64,000 nucleotides of DNA. Origin: Octopus vulgaris. Lineage: Eukaryota. Location of the stretch: positions 113,646,001-113,710,000 of the forward strand of contig OX597821.1 of NCBI GenBank assembly GCA_951406725.2. The letters are read 5' to 3'. Positions 11,382 to 23,769 of this stretch are shown in pieces. Under the pieces are notes generated by a model, which searched no databases, was not told where the DNA came from, and worked only from the letters and a program-made list of their open reading frames with translations. Each line of letters opens with the position of its first letter. Position 1 is the first letter of the stretch. The position numbers and the translations under genes were made by a program.

Positions 11382-13016
11382 TATATTCTCTATGAATTGG
11401 CTGACCAATTCCCGGACATCTGTGGCGGTCTGTATCGAGACGATTGTCTACTTTACCTCCAGAATGCTCCGAACAATAGGATACAGAAGATTAAGAACAG
11501 ATTAGCTAGATTTTTTAGCAGAATGGGCTTGAGCATAGTTTTTGACGACGAATTAACTAAAGCCAACTTCTTAGATGTTACCCTAAATCTGCAGAGTAAT
11601 TCATACTTCCCTTATCATAAGCCTTCTACTAATCTTAAATATATCAGCATTTTCAGTAACCATGCCAAAACTATTACTGATAATTTAGTTAAAAATATTT
11701 CTTTAAGACTGTCAAAATTATCTGCTAATGTCGACATCTTTAAACAGAAAGCGGAATTTTATAACGCCGCCTTGTCAAAAGCCGGTTATAGAGATAAAGT
11801 ATCATATAACGACCCGGCCCATTCTAAACCAATATATGCTTCTCAGGATAAGAAAATTAATAACAATAGAAATAGTGTGAATAATGGTTTCAGCTCTAAC
11901 AACGTCGGCACCACTATACTTAAGAAAAATAATTTACGGACCAGGGGAGGCAATCGGCAACCAACCCCAATTTTCCAGCACAGAAATATTCCCTTTAATG
12001 TAACTGGTAACACTTTGAACAATTCTAAGTCCACAAAAAACTATATCTGGTTTGTCATACCTTTCGGAAAACAAATCAAGTCAAACCTTCTTTTGCAGTT
12101 CCGTGAAGCCGTGGCTAGGAACTTTCCCAGGAATTCTAAGTATTACTCTACTATCAATTCGCATAAGGTAAGGATTGCATTCTCTAACACTAGAAATCTA
12201 TCGCAAATTATTGCCTCCCATAATAACAAGCTGCTAAACAAGGATTCTTCACCCGGGAGTTACAACACTATTATTACCAATTCCAACCAAACATACAATA
12301 ATAATAATAGAAATTGTATTGATATTAGCAGCATTCATAACAGCGTTGGCATTAACAATCGTAATATTAATAATAATATTAGTCGGATTATTAACAGTGG
12401 GAGTGTTAGTGGTAACAACGACAGCATTTCTAATAACAGTGGTAGTATTGATGATAACAACGGCAGCATTTCTATAGTCTGGCATATTGCCGGCGATAGT
12501 ACAATTAATAATAATAACAATAATAGAAATAGTATAGTGGTCAGTGCTAGCAATAATATTTACAGCAATCATAACAATAAAAACTCCGTCTTAGTCTCGG
12601 AGGTAAACCCTAACAGATTAAAGTTCTTGTCCAGTAATTCCAAAATTAGAAATTCCATTTACCTGTGTAAAGTTTCTTCCGGTACCGGTGTCTTCTTCTA
12701 TATTGGGGCGACTACTTCTAAATTATCCCAGAGGATTTCCAATCATTATTCAACTTTCCGAGATATGAGAAAACAACAAAGTACAGGACTAAGTAAATTA
12801 GTTTGGCGTCTTAAGGACAGCAATATAACTTTCAAGCTGGAATGGTCCATATTGTCTGTATCCTTTCCTTTTGATAAGGGCAGAAAATATTGTGCCGTCT
12901 GTAATTCCGAGCTTTTCTATATACTTTTCGCCAAATTCCCTTTAGTAAACACAATGGTAGAAAAATCCTATAGGTGCATGCACTGGCAGAAACACACCTT
13001 CCACTCATATGAATGA
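11382..13016 (+). CDS. Penelope-like RT C-half/thumb + GIY-YIG endonuclease (open, 5'-truncated)
   Basis: GLYRDD, NFLDVTL, PYHKP...YI...SNH, then SIYLCKV...YIGAT...RISNH, CAVCNSE, CMH; the first ~40 aa of the listed ORF come from unrelated flank. Confidence 0.88.
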   Translation, partial: YILYELADQFPDICGGLYRDDCLLYLQNAPNNRIQKIKNRLARFFSRMGLSIVFDDELTKANFLDVTLNLQSNSYFPYHKPSTNLKYISIFSNHAKTITDNLVKNISLRLSKLSANVDIFKQKAEFYNAALSKAGYRDKVSYNDPAHSKPIYASQDKKINNNRNSVNNGFSSNNVGTTILKKNNLRTRGGNRQPTPIFQHRNIPFNVTGNTLNNSKSTKNYIWFVIPFGKQIKSNLLLQFREAVARNFPRNSKYYSTINSHKVRIAFSNTRNLSQIIASHNNKLLNKDSSPGSYNTIITNSNQTYNNNNRNCIDISSIHNSVGINNRNINNNISRIINSGSVSGNNDSISNNSGSIDDNNGSISIVWHIAGDSTINNNNNNRNSIVVSASNNIYSNHNNKNSVLVSEVNPNRLKFLSSNSKIRNSIYLCKVSSGTGVFFYIGATTSKLSQRISNHYSTFRDMRKQQSTGLSKLVWRLKDSNITFKLEWSILSVSFPFDKGRKYCAVCNSELFYILFAKFPLVNTMVEKSYRCMHWQKHTFHSYE

Positions 13017-13621
13017 TGATTAATATAGATAACCTCCTTGAATTTAATAATTTGGTTCCACTTCTACAACAACACCATAGACAAATTTTTTTATACTCCG
13101 TTACATGAAGAGCTACTACCAAATTCGTTGGGGCATGTTCTACCTTTGTCTCTCTACCTCTCACCCCACTCTCTCTCTCCCTCTCCCTCTCCCCCTCTCT
13201 CTCTCCCTCTCTCTATCATAAACACAATCAAACACACAGACACAAACCTGTCACTTCACCACTAGATGTATTTGGCATTTATCCCCCCCCCCACACAATC
13301 ACGCACACACATACACACAGATAGACACGAATGCAGTTATATACATACACACACATAGGCACTCAATCTCATTAGCAAAAGCAAACAACAACGCATCACC
13401 ATACATACGACTTGCACTCTGTCACCCTCCTATTCTTAGAACTTTCCCCTTCCAACCATTTTTGAACTCTTGAACTTTTTAGAATCTTCTCCATCCAACC
13501 AATTTTGACGTCACTGCTTATAACGGAATATTTTAAAGAAACACTCATTATCACTATGGACTCCGTGTGGGCAGTCATCTAAAAGTTTTTGTTCGTCATG
13601 ATGCTGGCATAAGTTCCTTGT

Positions 13622-13710
13622 CTTTCCTGATGAGAAGGCGGCATAATGCACCCTTTATTCCTTCGGAATTAAGAATATGCAGTCTTCGAAACATATGTCG
13701 AGAATAAAGG
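13622..13710 (+). ncRNA. type I hammerhead ribozyme in the Penelope 3' pseudo-LTR
   Basis: CUGAUGA 13627-13633, stem II GAAGGC/GUCUUC + GCAUA/UAUGC, GAAA 13688-13691, palindromic ACAUAUGU, GUC site, short stem I UUUC/GAGA. Confidence 0.8.
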
Positions 13711-14268
13711 TATTTTGTTAAATCGTCGTTCAACTCCATTCTTTCATTTATTTATAGTAAAAAAACACACAAATTTCCACACGGAAGCACGTGATTTCTG
13801 CCCTTGGCATGTAGCTTCTACCGTGCTTTCTGACGTAAATTTGCTACCCGGGTAACGGCTAACCGAATTATCCATACTAGGATAATTCATTCAACTACTT
13901 ATATATATATATGTAAAATGAGTAGTTCCTGTAATTCAAAGGGACCCGCTTTGTTCCATTCTGTGTGACGCTGAATCTTCCCGAGAACTACGTTAAGGGT
14001 ACACGTGTCTGTGTTGTGTTCACCCACTTGGATGTTAATTTCACGAGCAGGCTCCTCCGTTGATCAGATCAGCTGGAGCCTGCGTCGTCGTAACCGACAG
14101 AGTGTCAGTGTTTTTTTATCGCTGGTTCAATCCCGGTCAAGCAGAACATCTTCAAACACTTCACAGAATTCTGTTACTCAGTTCCATGATATGTGTTCTC
14201 ACTTTTTCTACTTGTTATGGCCATAACAATCACGAACAATTATAACATAATTAATTAAAATATTATTT

Positions 14269-14717
14269 CTATTGAGAAGTAATGTTTATCGCCATCTAAA
14301 CATGAGTATTCTCTTAGAACAGACGATACTGCTATTTTAACCACAAGAGAACGCCTCCTCCTGTTGGTTACTCAGTGCACTCCGCACCCGATATATATTA
14401 CAAGCGGGGATAGAACTTCCTGTCATTTCAGCAATCGAGACCACCAGGCAGCGCAGTTTCGACTATATTTTGGTCATCGACGTGCTATGTCTAGCATACG
14501 AATATCCATCACTGAGGATAACCATAAGGTCGAAACCACGCAGTCTGGTGGTCTCGATAGCTGGGATGACAGGGAGTTCTCTCTCCACATGCAATATATA
14601 TCGAGTGTGGAGCGCACTGAATAACCAGCTAGAGGACGCGTCCTCTCGTGGTTAAAATAGCAGTATCGTCTGTTCTTAGAGAACTTCCATAGCGATAGAC
14701 ATTACTTCTCGCTATAG
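14269..14717. mobile_element. MITE with ~130-bp terminal inverted repeats
   Basis: gagaagtaatg...agaacagacgatactgctattttaaccac mirrored by gtggttaaaatagcagtatcgtctgttct...cattacttctc. Confidence 0.8.
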
Positions 14718-15359
14718 ATACTGCTTTGGACTCTTATAGAAATTTTCTTAAATTATTTCTATGCTGTAAAAACTATAAGTTATTACACATTAACATGTAT
14801 ATTTTTCGATTCAACTAATTTAATATACGCATCTAGATATATCTCTTCGAGTTGTGTTTGGAAACGTATGTTATAATTAATGTAGTCATTCTCAGTTCAA
14901 CATAGTCTACCTTCCAACTGTTATGTATTGGCAACGTTGATATAATGACGACCATAAAGGCGACGAACTGGAAGAATTGTTACCCCCCCCCCTCCTGGCT
15001 AAAATGCTTAGTGGTAATTCTCCTGTGTTTACGTTCTGAGTTCAAATTCTGTCGAGGTCGACTTTGCCTTTCATCCCTTTGAGGTCAATAAAACATGCAT
15101 CAGTAGAGCACTGGGGGTTGATGTAATTGACTAGCCCCCTCCCTCAAAATTTCAGTCTTTATCTCTATAGTAGAAAGGATATAATGACCACCTACATTTT
15201 ATCAACAATCCTCATCCCTCAAAGTTAATAGGGCATTAAATGAAGCAATAATCGCCGATTTGGGCACTAAACACCATCAACAGTTGACTACAATTTTCAT
15301 TAGTGAGTAACCAGTCTTATTTAGCAGTTATAATTTATAACGATATGGTACAGGAAACC

Positions 15360-15834
15360 TGGCCTACGCGGGTGGTCGATCAACGAAGGCTGGAAGCCTT
15401 CGACAATAACTGCCTCTGGTGCATTCTTCGTTGCCGTCGGGTGGATTGAGTTCCCACCGCCAATCTCTGACTTCGCCTGTCTCTGCGGCCCCTTCCATCT
15501 GTCCTTCTGCAACAGCGCTTGCGGTGGTTTGGCCATGCATGTAGGCGTCCGGTGGGTGAACTGAGCCGTGATGTCCTTCTCCCAACTCCACTTCCCAACT
15601 GGCGGAAACGCGCGGGAGGGCAGCTGAAGACCTGGGCTACGACGATCAAGGAGGACCTCTCCGTGCTCACGGGTCCGCAGGTGCTCGGCCTACGCCGATG
15701 GGACCGTGACTGGCTCGCTATCTCCAGTGAACTGGCGCATGACCGTCGTGCGTGGGCTGCCATGGTTCGAGATGCCTCGAGGGTGGTAGAAGAAGCCGAC
15801 TCAACCCACCCAGGGTGAATGTCGCCACAAGTAA
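15360..15834 (+). mobile_element. 5'-truncated RTE-clade LINE with 12-bp TSD
   Basis: RRLEAFDNNCL...RLRWFGH...GGQLKTW...DRRAW; CAAGTAA tail; GTACAGGAAACC at 15348-15359 and 15835-15846. Confidence 0.88.
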
Positions 15835-17350
15835 GTACAGGAAACCGGAAACATTAAAAGTGAAATTAGCTTTGTTTTAAATTGCTATATATTTGATATT
15901 TTGTGTTGGTTATAGCTAACGAGCGGAAAGATAAGGGGCGGTCGACCACGGGCGACGGTTTTAAGGTGACAGCGCTTTGGGGGCTGCTGTACAAGTCCAT
16001 ATAGGGGGTGATAGACTCAAGGACTGCTTCAGCGACATACATTCTAGCTACGCCACTATATAAAGCTAAGGTCCGCCGAGGTCGACTTTGCCTTTCATCC
16101 TTTCGGGGTCGATAAATAAAGTACCAGTTTCGCACTGGGGGTCGATGTAATCGAATTAATCCCTTTGTCTATCCTTGTTTGTCCCCTCTATGTTTAGCCC
16201 CTTGTGGTCAATAAAGAAATATATATAAAGCCAAGGTTAAAGAAAATATATATATTTATGATCTGCAAAATCTCTTTGATGCAAGTCATAGGATCTTTTT
16301 CAAGTGCTGTGATATTGAAAAGAAAAAGAAAAAAAAACGAAAAGAGATCGTGTCCGTAGCTTTCGAAAGTCGACTGAGATCGATGAGATCAATGCAATTA
16401 ATACGCTTTTGAATTACTTGTTGGTTGGCAACTAAGACGCTGAGTTGGCAGAATCGTTAGCATATCGGCATTTCTTTCGGCTCTTTATGTTCTGAGTTCA
16501 GATCTTATCGAGATCAACTTTACCTTTCATCTTCTTCAAGGTCGATAAAATAAAGAACCACTTGGCCCGCTTGTTCCAAATTGCAGGCCCTGAATCCTGT
16601 CACGAATCGCTCAAGAGGAATACTGTAATATCTTGATCATTTACTGACCTTATAAGACCTTGGGTTTAAGAAAAATAATTGTAAAAAAGAAGTTGATAGC
16701 TGTGGGAACAAACATGTGTTGGGCGAGAAAAACTACTTTTCAAAGCCAGTCTGCTAAAAGTTCTATTCTTGTTTTCACACATCCATTTCTCTGGTAATTC
16801 TTTCTTGTAATATTCTGCTGACTTTTATTTAAATAATTGTTAATTTTACCAAAATCAAATTGGAATTTGCAGCCAACTAAAAGCAAGGACTTATTTTGAA
16901 ATAATTGGATTTTAGTTGCTGGCATATTTTCGTTTTAAATAAATGTCAAATGAATGCCACTCCACCATCTACTTAGTAAAAATACCGTTATACTAGGAGT
17001 TACCTAAAGGCAACAAATAAATCGTAAATGTTTAGAAAGTATTGAATATCAGCAGATGTGATTTCATTACATAAGAAATTACATGTGTACGATATTTTCC
17101 AAAGAAAAAGTAATAACTGCAAGATGTTTGGAGCAGAAGTTGCTCATCACATTTTTAATAGCGATGTCATGAAAAGAAAATTTTCAAAATGTTTCTCCTT
17201 TTGTCCTACCAAACACCACACTGAGTTTTGATTAATATACTAGCATTGATATTAATCCAAATACCTTTGTCGTGAGAGTGATGCTTATTGTGGTGAAGTT
17301 ATATTGTTGAAGATGATCGTCGTGTGGTCTACCTGGCTGCGAGTATATTA

Positions 17351-17351
<1 letters not shown>

Positions 17352-17416
<65 letters not shown>

Positions 17417-17826
17417 TGTGTACAGTGCTCAGGTGCACTACAACTCATCTAAAGTGTGTATATAATCAGGTGTAGTTTCGGCGGATTTCGGAAAGCATGA
17501 GGGCCTTAAAGGATGCAGTGTCATGGCAGTCAACAACTGACGCAGGCAGTTTATTCCATGCTTCAGCAACTCTGAGCGTGAAAAAATGTTTCCCAAAGTC
17601 ATGGGAGCTGTGTTGTTTTCTGACTTTGTAGGCATGTCCACGTGTGTTGGACACATGGAGATCAAAAAGGTGTTCAGTGTTGTTGTTGGTGAGGTGGTTG
17701 ATAACTTTGTGGGTGTTTACCAAGTCCGTCGCCAGACGCCGGAGCTTCAGTGAATCCATGCCCAGGGAAACGAGGCGATCAGAATATGGTAGGTGTCTGA
17801 TGGAGAGTATGCGTTTGGTTGCACGT
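17352..17826 (-). mobile_element. 5'-truncated CR1-like LINE with (ATT)n tail
   Basis: Nearly identical to 62687-63133; motif TRGHAYK...FFTLRVAEAWNKLP. Confidence 0.9.
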
Positions 17827-18161
17827 TTATATTTACTAAGTTATCTATAGTCTATTTATTGGGTTGGCAGATGAATTCGTTCGTTTTTTTCCTTAATCAT
17901 TTTTTTATCAACGATTTCAACAAATCAGTCGAGCCATTGACAAGTTGTGGAACGTTGGCAAGAAGTCGTGAACAATGGAGAATATATTTGTGACTTGGTT
18001 TTTGTATTAAGTTTGTAAGATTCTTGATGCGAATTCGTTGCAGACCTTGGAGCGAGAGAGAAAGTCACTAAAAAGGTCTCGAACGCCTATAGAAGAACTT
18101 AGACTAACACGCAACCGATTGATTGTTTAACCAACACATTAAAAAAAACTATCGATTAGTT

Positions 18162-18587
18162 GGATCTTTCCGGTTTGAACGGCAGTTTTTTTAAAATAAG
18201 TTCCACGTAACTAAACACTTTTAAACTTCGTATACTGGTAGAATGTGTTTATAAAACATCTTTTTCTCTTGGCTTTATTGAGAAAATTTTATAGTTTGTA
18301 AGATATTTGTTGTTTTTTTTTTCTTCAATTTCTGCAATTTCAACCAATCAATGACGTCTATTGAGGTGAAAACATTCTGTGCCGTATGAATATGTCCCTC
18401 GTTTAAGAAACAGATTGGGTTTATTTACATTTCTGAAGAAAAAAAGATACCCTTCCCCCCAACCCCACCCCTAACCTTAACTCTAAAACAGATTGAAATG
18501 CAATAGATCGATACTAGGGTCATAATTATGGGTGACAATTTCATATGACACCGCTAGAAAAAACTGCCGGTCAAACCGAAAAGATCC
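18162..18587. mobile_element. MITE with GGATCTTT TIRs (Mutator-like family)
   Basis: ggatctttccggtttgaacggcagttttt / aaaaactgccggtcaaaccgaaaagatcc. Confidence 0.8.
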
Positions 18588-19406
18588 GATATTTACCCAA
18601 TTGACTAAAATAAAGGATTGGAATTGAACCCGTGAGTGAGTTATTGTTATTGGCATAGTGACTCTCCCAAGACACAACAAAATATTATTGAGTGATTTGA
18701 TTAAATTGTTGATGAAAAATAAAAAGATGAAAATAAATGGAACAAAACGAAGGAATTTCTCTCACTACTCAATAATGTTAAAGTCTAAAAACTGCTCGCA
18801 TTACACGAAGTTTTGTTATCGGGAACGTTTGTAAAATAAACCGATTTCAATGAACAAGAGGTTCTGCTACAGTTTGTCAGCTTCGAATGAATGGAAGCCT
18901 ACGTCGATCCAGACGTAACATAATCATAGAAACATGAGGCGCCAAAATAGATATTGTACAACTTTGGTTATCAAAACTAGACAGTGTAAGGCAGTGGCTC
19001 TCAAAGTCAGCTCTACATTCCCCAGGGGTTTATTTAAAAAAAAAAAAGTGCCAAAGTGGTTTGAAGTTTCTGTGACCCAGTATTCTGGGTAAGAGTTTAA
19101 AGAGAGGTCAGTGAGAATGAGGAGTGGAGCCAGGGGAGCATTAAACCGAAATAAACTTCGGAATCTAATCTAGTTCTTTATTCATTGTTCCAATATCGCC
19201 ATTGTATTCAAAATATACTTTTACAATGAAATGATATGACAAATATTATTTTGGATTACAGAATCGGTAGAGCGGCAGACAAACGGCGTTATGATATTCA
19301 TTCACGTTCTGTATGTTATGAGTTCAAATCCTACTGAGACCATTTTAACTTTTCAAGTACTGATATTAATGTGTTTGTTTCTTTCTTTATTTCATCTAAT
19401 TGGCTG

Positions 19407-19787
19407 GGATCTTTTCTAAAAGATGGACAGAATTTCCTACTTAACTAAATAATTTGAAACTTCGTATACTGGTAGAAAGTGTCAAAAGAAAACATTAACT
19501 TCAATTAGTTTTTTTGAGAAAAATATATTTTGTAACTTTTACGTAGTTTAATTCTTCGAAATTTAACCAATCGCTCTGTTTTGAGCTCAATTCATTGACT
19601 GCCGTGTTATTCATCCTTATCAGTCTTCTGTTTTCTGTTTTCAAAGGCTTCTCCCATTTTTACAAAATACATTTTTCTCAAAAAAACTAATTGAAATTAA
19701 TGTTTTCTTTTGACATATTCTACCAGTATACGAAGTTTCAAATTATTTAGTTAAATAGGAAATTCTGTCCATCTTTTAGAAAAGATC
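19407..19787. mobile_element. Mutator-like MITE, ~115-bp TIRs, 9-bp TSD
   Basis: AATTGGCTG at 19398-19406 and 19788-19796; TIR shares aaacttcgtatactggtagaa with the 18162 element. Confidence 0.88.
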
Positions 19788-20952
19788 AATTGGCTGTTCT
19801 GTTGCTCTGACATTGTGCTTAAGTGAGAAATCCTTATTTTGAACATTGAGAAATCCGTGGTGTGTGTTTCTGATGTTATATTCCTTGACAGGTGAATTTT
19901 TAAAGCCACATTTCCCATTCTTGTTTAAAAGGCTTCGAAAATTAAAATCTAAATCGTCCTGGGACCAACCTTGTTATTTACTTGCTTCTTTGAAGTTAAT
20001 AAAATATGTATTAGTTGATATAGAATAAAGCTCAATTTATAAGAGTACTGATGACCAGTAAAACAATGGGAGTTAAATCAGAAGAGGGGAATCAGATAAC
20101 TGAATTTGATTTGTGTATGTTATCAATAAACTACATACATAATTTTGTTCCATAGTGTTTGTTTAATTTTTCTTTTGTTTTTACAAAGTAGAGAAGTCAA
20201 TGGAAATTTATAGAAAAAACGTGCGATAGTTTAAAAATTTCATTTAAATTCGTTTCAACAATAATATTTGCCTTCTGATTATTTATAGACAGAACTTTCT
20301 TAACATAAGTGTGTCTCGTCGGTGTAAACTAATTAGAGCAGATGCGTTTATTATTAAAAGACATCCAGGTTAAGTAGTTCCATCGGCGTCTGGACGTTTT
20401 ATATGAACGTCAGTGAGGTCTTGTAAACGTAACAATACCAACGATCCTCTAAGTAGTCATCCGAAATGCTAGAAACAACAATCTCATTTACCCTAAATTA
20501 CAAGCTACTATCTAGGGGCCAATGCTAATCAGATCCTTATTGTTCGTTTGCAAAAATTAAGTCCCCAAATTCCTTTTTGTCGGCGTTTTCAAATTATCTT
20601 AGATCTGTCTCCATGGTGTAGAGTAGTTTGGGGATCTTTTCGGTTTTGAACGGCAGTTTTTAAAAATAATTTCCACGTAACTAAACACTTTTAAACTTCG
20701 TATACTGGTATACTTTTATTAAGGCTTTCTTGTATATGCGTATCAGATCCTTATTGTTCGTTTGCAAAAATAAAGTCCCCAAATTCCTTTTTGTCGGCGT
20801 TTTCAAATTATCTCAGATCTGTCTCCATGGTGTAGAGTAGTTTTGGCTTCTGTGCTGCCATTTTTGTAGTGAGTGTCTTATATTTACACAGATTTTTCTA
20901 CTACAGCTTGACTGTTACAGCTTTTCTGTTCTATTTTCACTGGATTTAAAGA

Positions 20953-21189
20953 TGTGACGTGTGTGTATGTCCTATGTTAATTATAACCTTGTGTTGTGAT
21001 ATTAGTGTTGCTTCTACAATCCGTCTTAATTTTCCCTGGATAATTCTATAATATATGAAAGTATTTTCTATCGATGTTTTCCTTTCTGGCGTTGTTTTAA
21101 GGCGTCTGTTACAGAAAACCGATTACGGAAGAAATACTAATACTATAACACAAAGCTACACTTGAATTCAGCATAGAACATACGTCACA
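20953..21189. mobile_element. old degenerate foldback element
   Basis: tgtgacgt...tatgtcctatg...ttgtgttgtgatattagtgtt mirrored imperfectly by aatactaatactataacacaa...catagaacatacgtcaca. Confidence 0.5.
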
Positions 21190-21548
21190 AACGCTTTTAC
21201 CGTCAAGTTTTGTCGGGAATGCTTGTATAAATATATGTCATCCATGATAAAAAGGAAAAATCACAGAATGTCAACAGGTAGCACGTAATCAACAAGTAAT
21301 TACGAATTTACACCTGGTAAAAATGTTTATCGTATTTTCAGCACTTTTTGTAAACAATAATGTCATTGCTTACGGATTTCCAAAAGTTGAATGAGTAGCT
21401 CAACGCATTTCCGGTCACAAAAGTGACGAGGAAGTGTCGGTAATACTCGGGCGGAACACAAACCACATTTAAGCACACTAAGGAGTTGTTGGGGGAACCT
21501 CCTTGAATGTAAAGGACCAATACTGATCTATGTAAGCTATGGTTACAT

Positions 21549-21718
21549 ACTCTTTTACTCTTTTAATTGTTTCAGTCATTTGACTGTGGCCATGTTGGAG
21601 CACCGACCTTTAGTCGAGCAAATCCACCCCAGGACTTATTCTATCGGTCTTTTTGCCGAACCGCTAAGTTACGGGGAAGTTAATACACCAGCATCGGTTG
21701 TCAAGCGATGTTGGGGGA

Positions 21719-21762
<44 letters not shown>

Positions 21763-21925
21763 CGATAGGCTTCTTTCAGTTTCTGTCTACCAAATCCAAT
21801 CACAAAGCTTTGGTCGGCCCGAAGCTATAGTAGAAGACATTTGCCCAAGGTGCCACGCAGTGGACTGAACCCAGAACCATGTGGCTGGTAAGCAAGCTAT
21901 TTACCACACAGCCGCTCCTGCGCCC
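21549..21925 (-). mobile_element. tRNA-derived CORE-type SINE, family 2
   Basis: Head ggcgcaggagcggctgtgtggtaa, B-box ggttcagtcc, ccttgggcaa core, internal (TG)n; other copies ~7383(+), 24160(-), 24335(+), 27520(-), 37680(-), 44060(-), 56192(+). Confidence 0.85.
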
Positions 21926-22826
21926 AGAGGAAAGAAAAAAAAAATGAGTTGACCCACGAACCTAGGAACACAATGCTAACATTTTTGCTGTGGTTTGCTG
22001 TCAGTAAATAAAATCATAAGCTTCAGTACAGTGTTCTTATCGGGGCTATATATTTACTGGTCAGAAAGGCGGCGAGCTGGCAGAAACGTTAGCACGCCGG
22101 GCGAAATGCGTAGCGTTCTGAGTTCAAATTCCGCCGAGGTCGACTTTGCCTTTCATCCTTTCGGGGTCGATAAATTAAGTACCAGTTCACTAGGGTCGAT
22201 GTAATCGACTTAATCCGTTTGTCCCCTCTGTGTTTAGCTCCTTGTGGGTAGTAAAGAAATATATATTTACTGGTCAGACGGCCCTGGTCATATGGTACTT
22301 GCTTTTGAAATGTTTAACTTCTCAGTTTTTTCACTGAGGTTTGCCTCTTTCATTGATGTAGATATGTAGATATATGCTAAATTAATCTAAAACACATTGG
22401 TAATAAATATTCAACTGTTTGATTAACTAAACTATCTGCTCATTGAATTAACACGTGACAGGCCGAATATTCCGCAGACATGTTTACTCTTAATATAATT
22501 TTTAGGTCAGACCACTCAATTGCAGGTAAAGTCCATCCGTTATTTTTCTATATAATTTCTGTTCTCCAAGTTTTGCTCACAAGGTTTAGGCTGACCCGTG
22601 GTTGATTGAACCGAGTATCTCTTGAGCTCTGTGTAGTCTTTACATACCCGTAACTTAACGGTTCGGCAAAATATACTAATAGAATAAGCACTAGACTTTA
22701 AAATAAGTAATGGGGTCAATTTGTGTGTGTGTGAGTATTGTGTGTGTATGTGAGTTTTGTGTTTGTATGTGCGTGTGTGTGTGTATGTGTGTGTGTGTGA
22801 GTGTCTATGTATGCATATATATATAT

Positions 22827-23728
22827 TGTTATGAATGGTTCAATTTAAGGACAGTTGGTTTCGACCTACTTTTGGAATAAATCCATTGTTCTGTCAGATT
22901 CACGAAGGAGTAATGAGCTTTTAGGGGACCTTTGGCCTTGTGCCGGTCAAGGAAAGTTCGAGGAAACCCCTTAAAAAGCAAAGAGATGTGAGTCTGTTAG
23001 TCAGTCGAGGACAGAGCAAGTGAATAACAGGTTGTTTCTGCTGTGACAGATGAAAGACAGGCAGAGAGGATTAGGGAACTGAGAGAGATTGCGGCGAGAG
23101 GGCTTGGCAATTACAGTAGTAATTTTCTGAAATTGTTGCAGACGGAAAGGAACGTCCGGTAAAGTTTTGTGTCTTTTGGTTGTTGTATTTTGACGTGTTG
23201 AATTGTTGTGAAAAAAAGAAGGAAAGAGTAAAAAAGAAAGAACAGTGCTAAAGGCTGGAAAAGAAATGAGACTGTAAATACATTGTGAATTAAGGAAAAA
23301 AAAAAGAGTTGTTGAAATGTAAAAGAAAGTAGAAAAAGAGAAGGACTTTAATGTGATTTGATCTGAACTTATTTGTCTATGAACTGTATCGTTGTTTTGA
23401 ATTGATCTGACTTGAACATTGGACTGTATCGTGAACATTATTTGTTTAATTCGACGTGTACTGTTTAAATGCTGTTGTTTTATTGTATCTGCATGTTTAA
23501 ATGCTTTGATCTGTTGTATACCTGTTGTTTTCTTTAAATGTATTTGATGTTGTAATGATTGTCATAAACTGCGTTTAAATGTAGCCAATTGCCTTCCGTC
23601 TCTCTCTGTGTCTCTTCCTACTGTTTGTTGTTGTTGTCATATCTCCGGTCGCCGACTTCGCTGCCATTCCCTCACCGAGTCCTCTCTGTGTGGCGAATTC
23701 TCCGTTCGACCGAGCGAGGGTGGTCCGT

Positions 23729-23732
<4 letters not shown>
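22827..23732. mobile_element. solo LTR (~906 bp), Gypsy-like, inserted in (TA)n
   Basis: TGTTA...TAACA termini, ATAT on both sides, no internal ORF. Confidence 0.75.

Positions 23733-23764
<32 letters not shown>

Positions 23765-23769
<5 letters not shown>

Larger units (their letters stand above)
11381..13900 (+). mobile_element. 5'-truncated Penelope-like retroelement (probably Naiad clade) in (TA)n
   Basis: RT and GIY-YIG ORF, 3' region with hammerhead at 13627, both ends in TA repeats. Confidence 0.88.

Noticed and set aside
13014-13028. TGA-TGA at the end of the Penelope ORF as selenocysteine readthrough (reported for some Naiads)
   Set aside because: Falls after the conserved C-terminal CxH motif, TAG follows within three codons, and no SECIS was recognised
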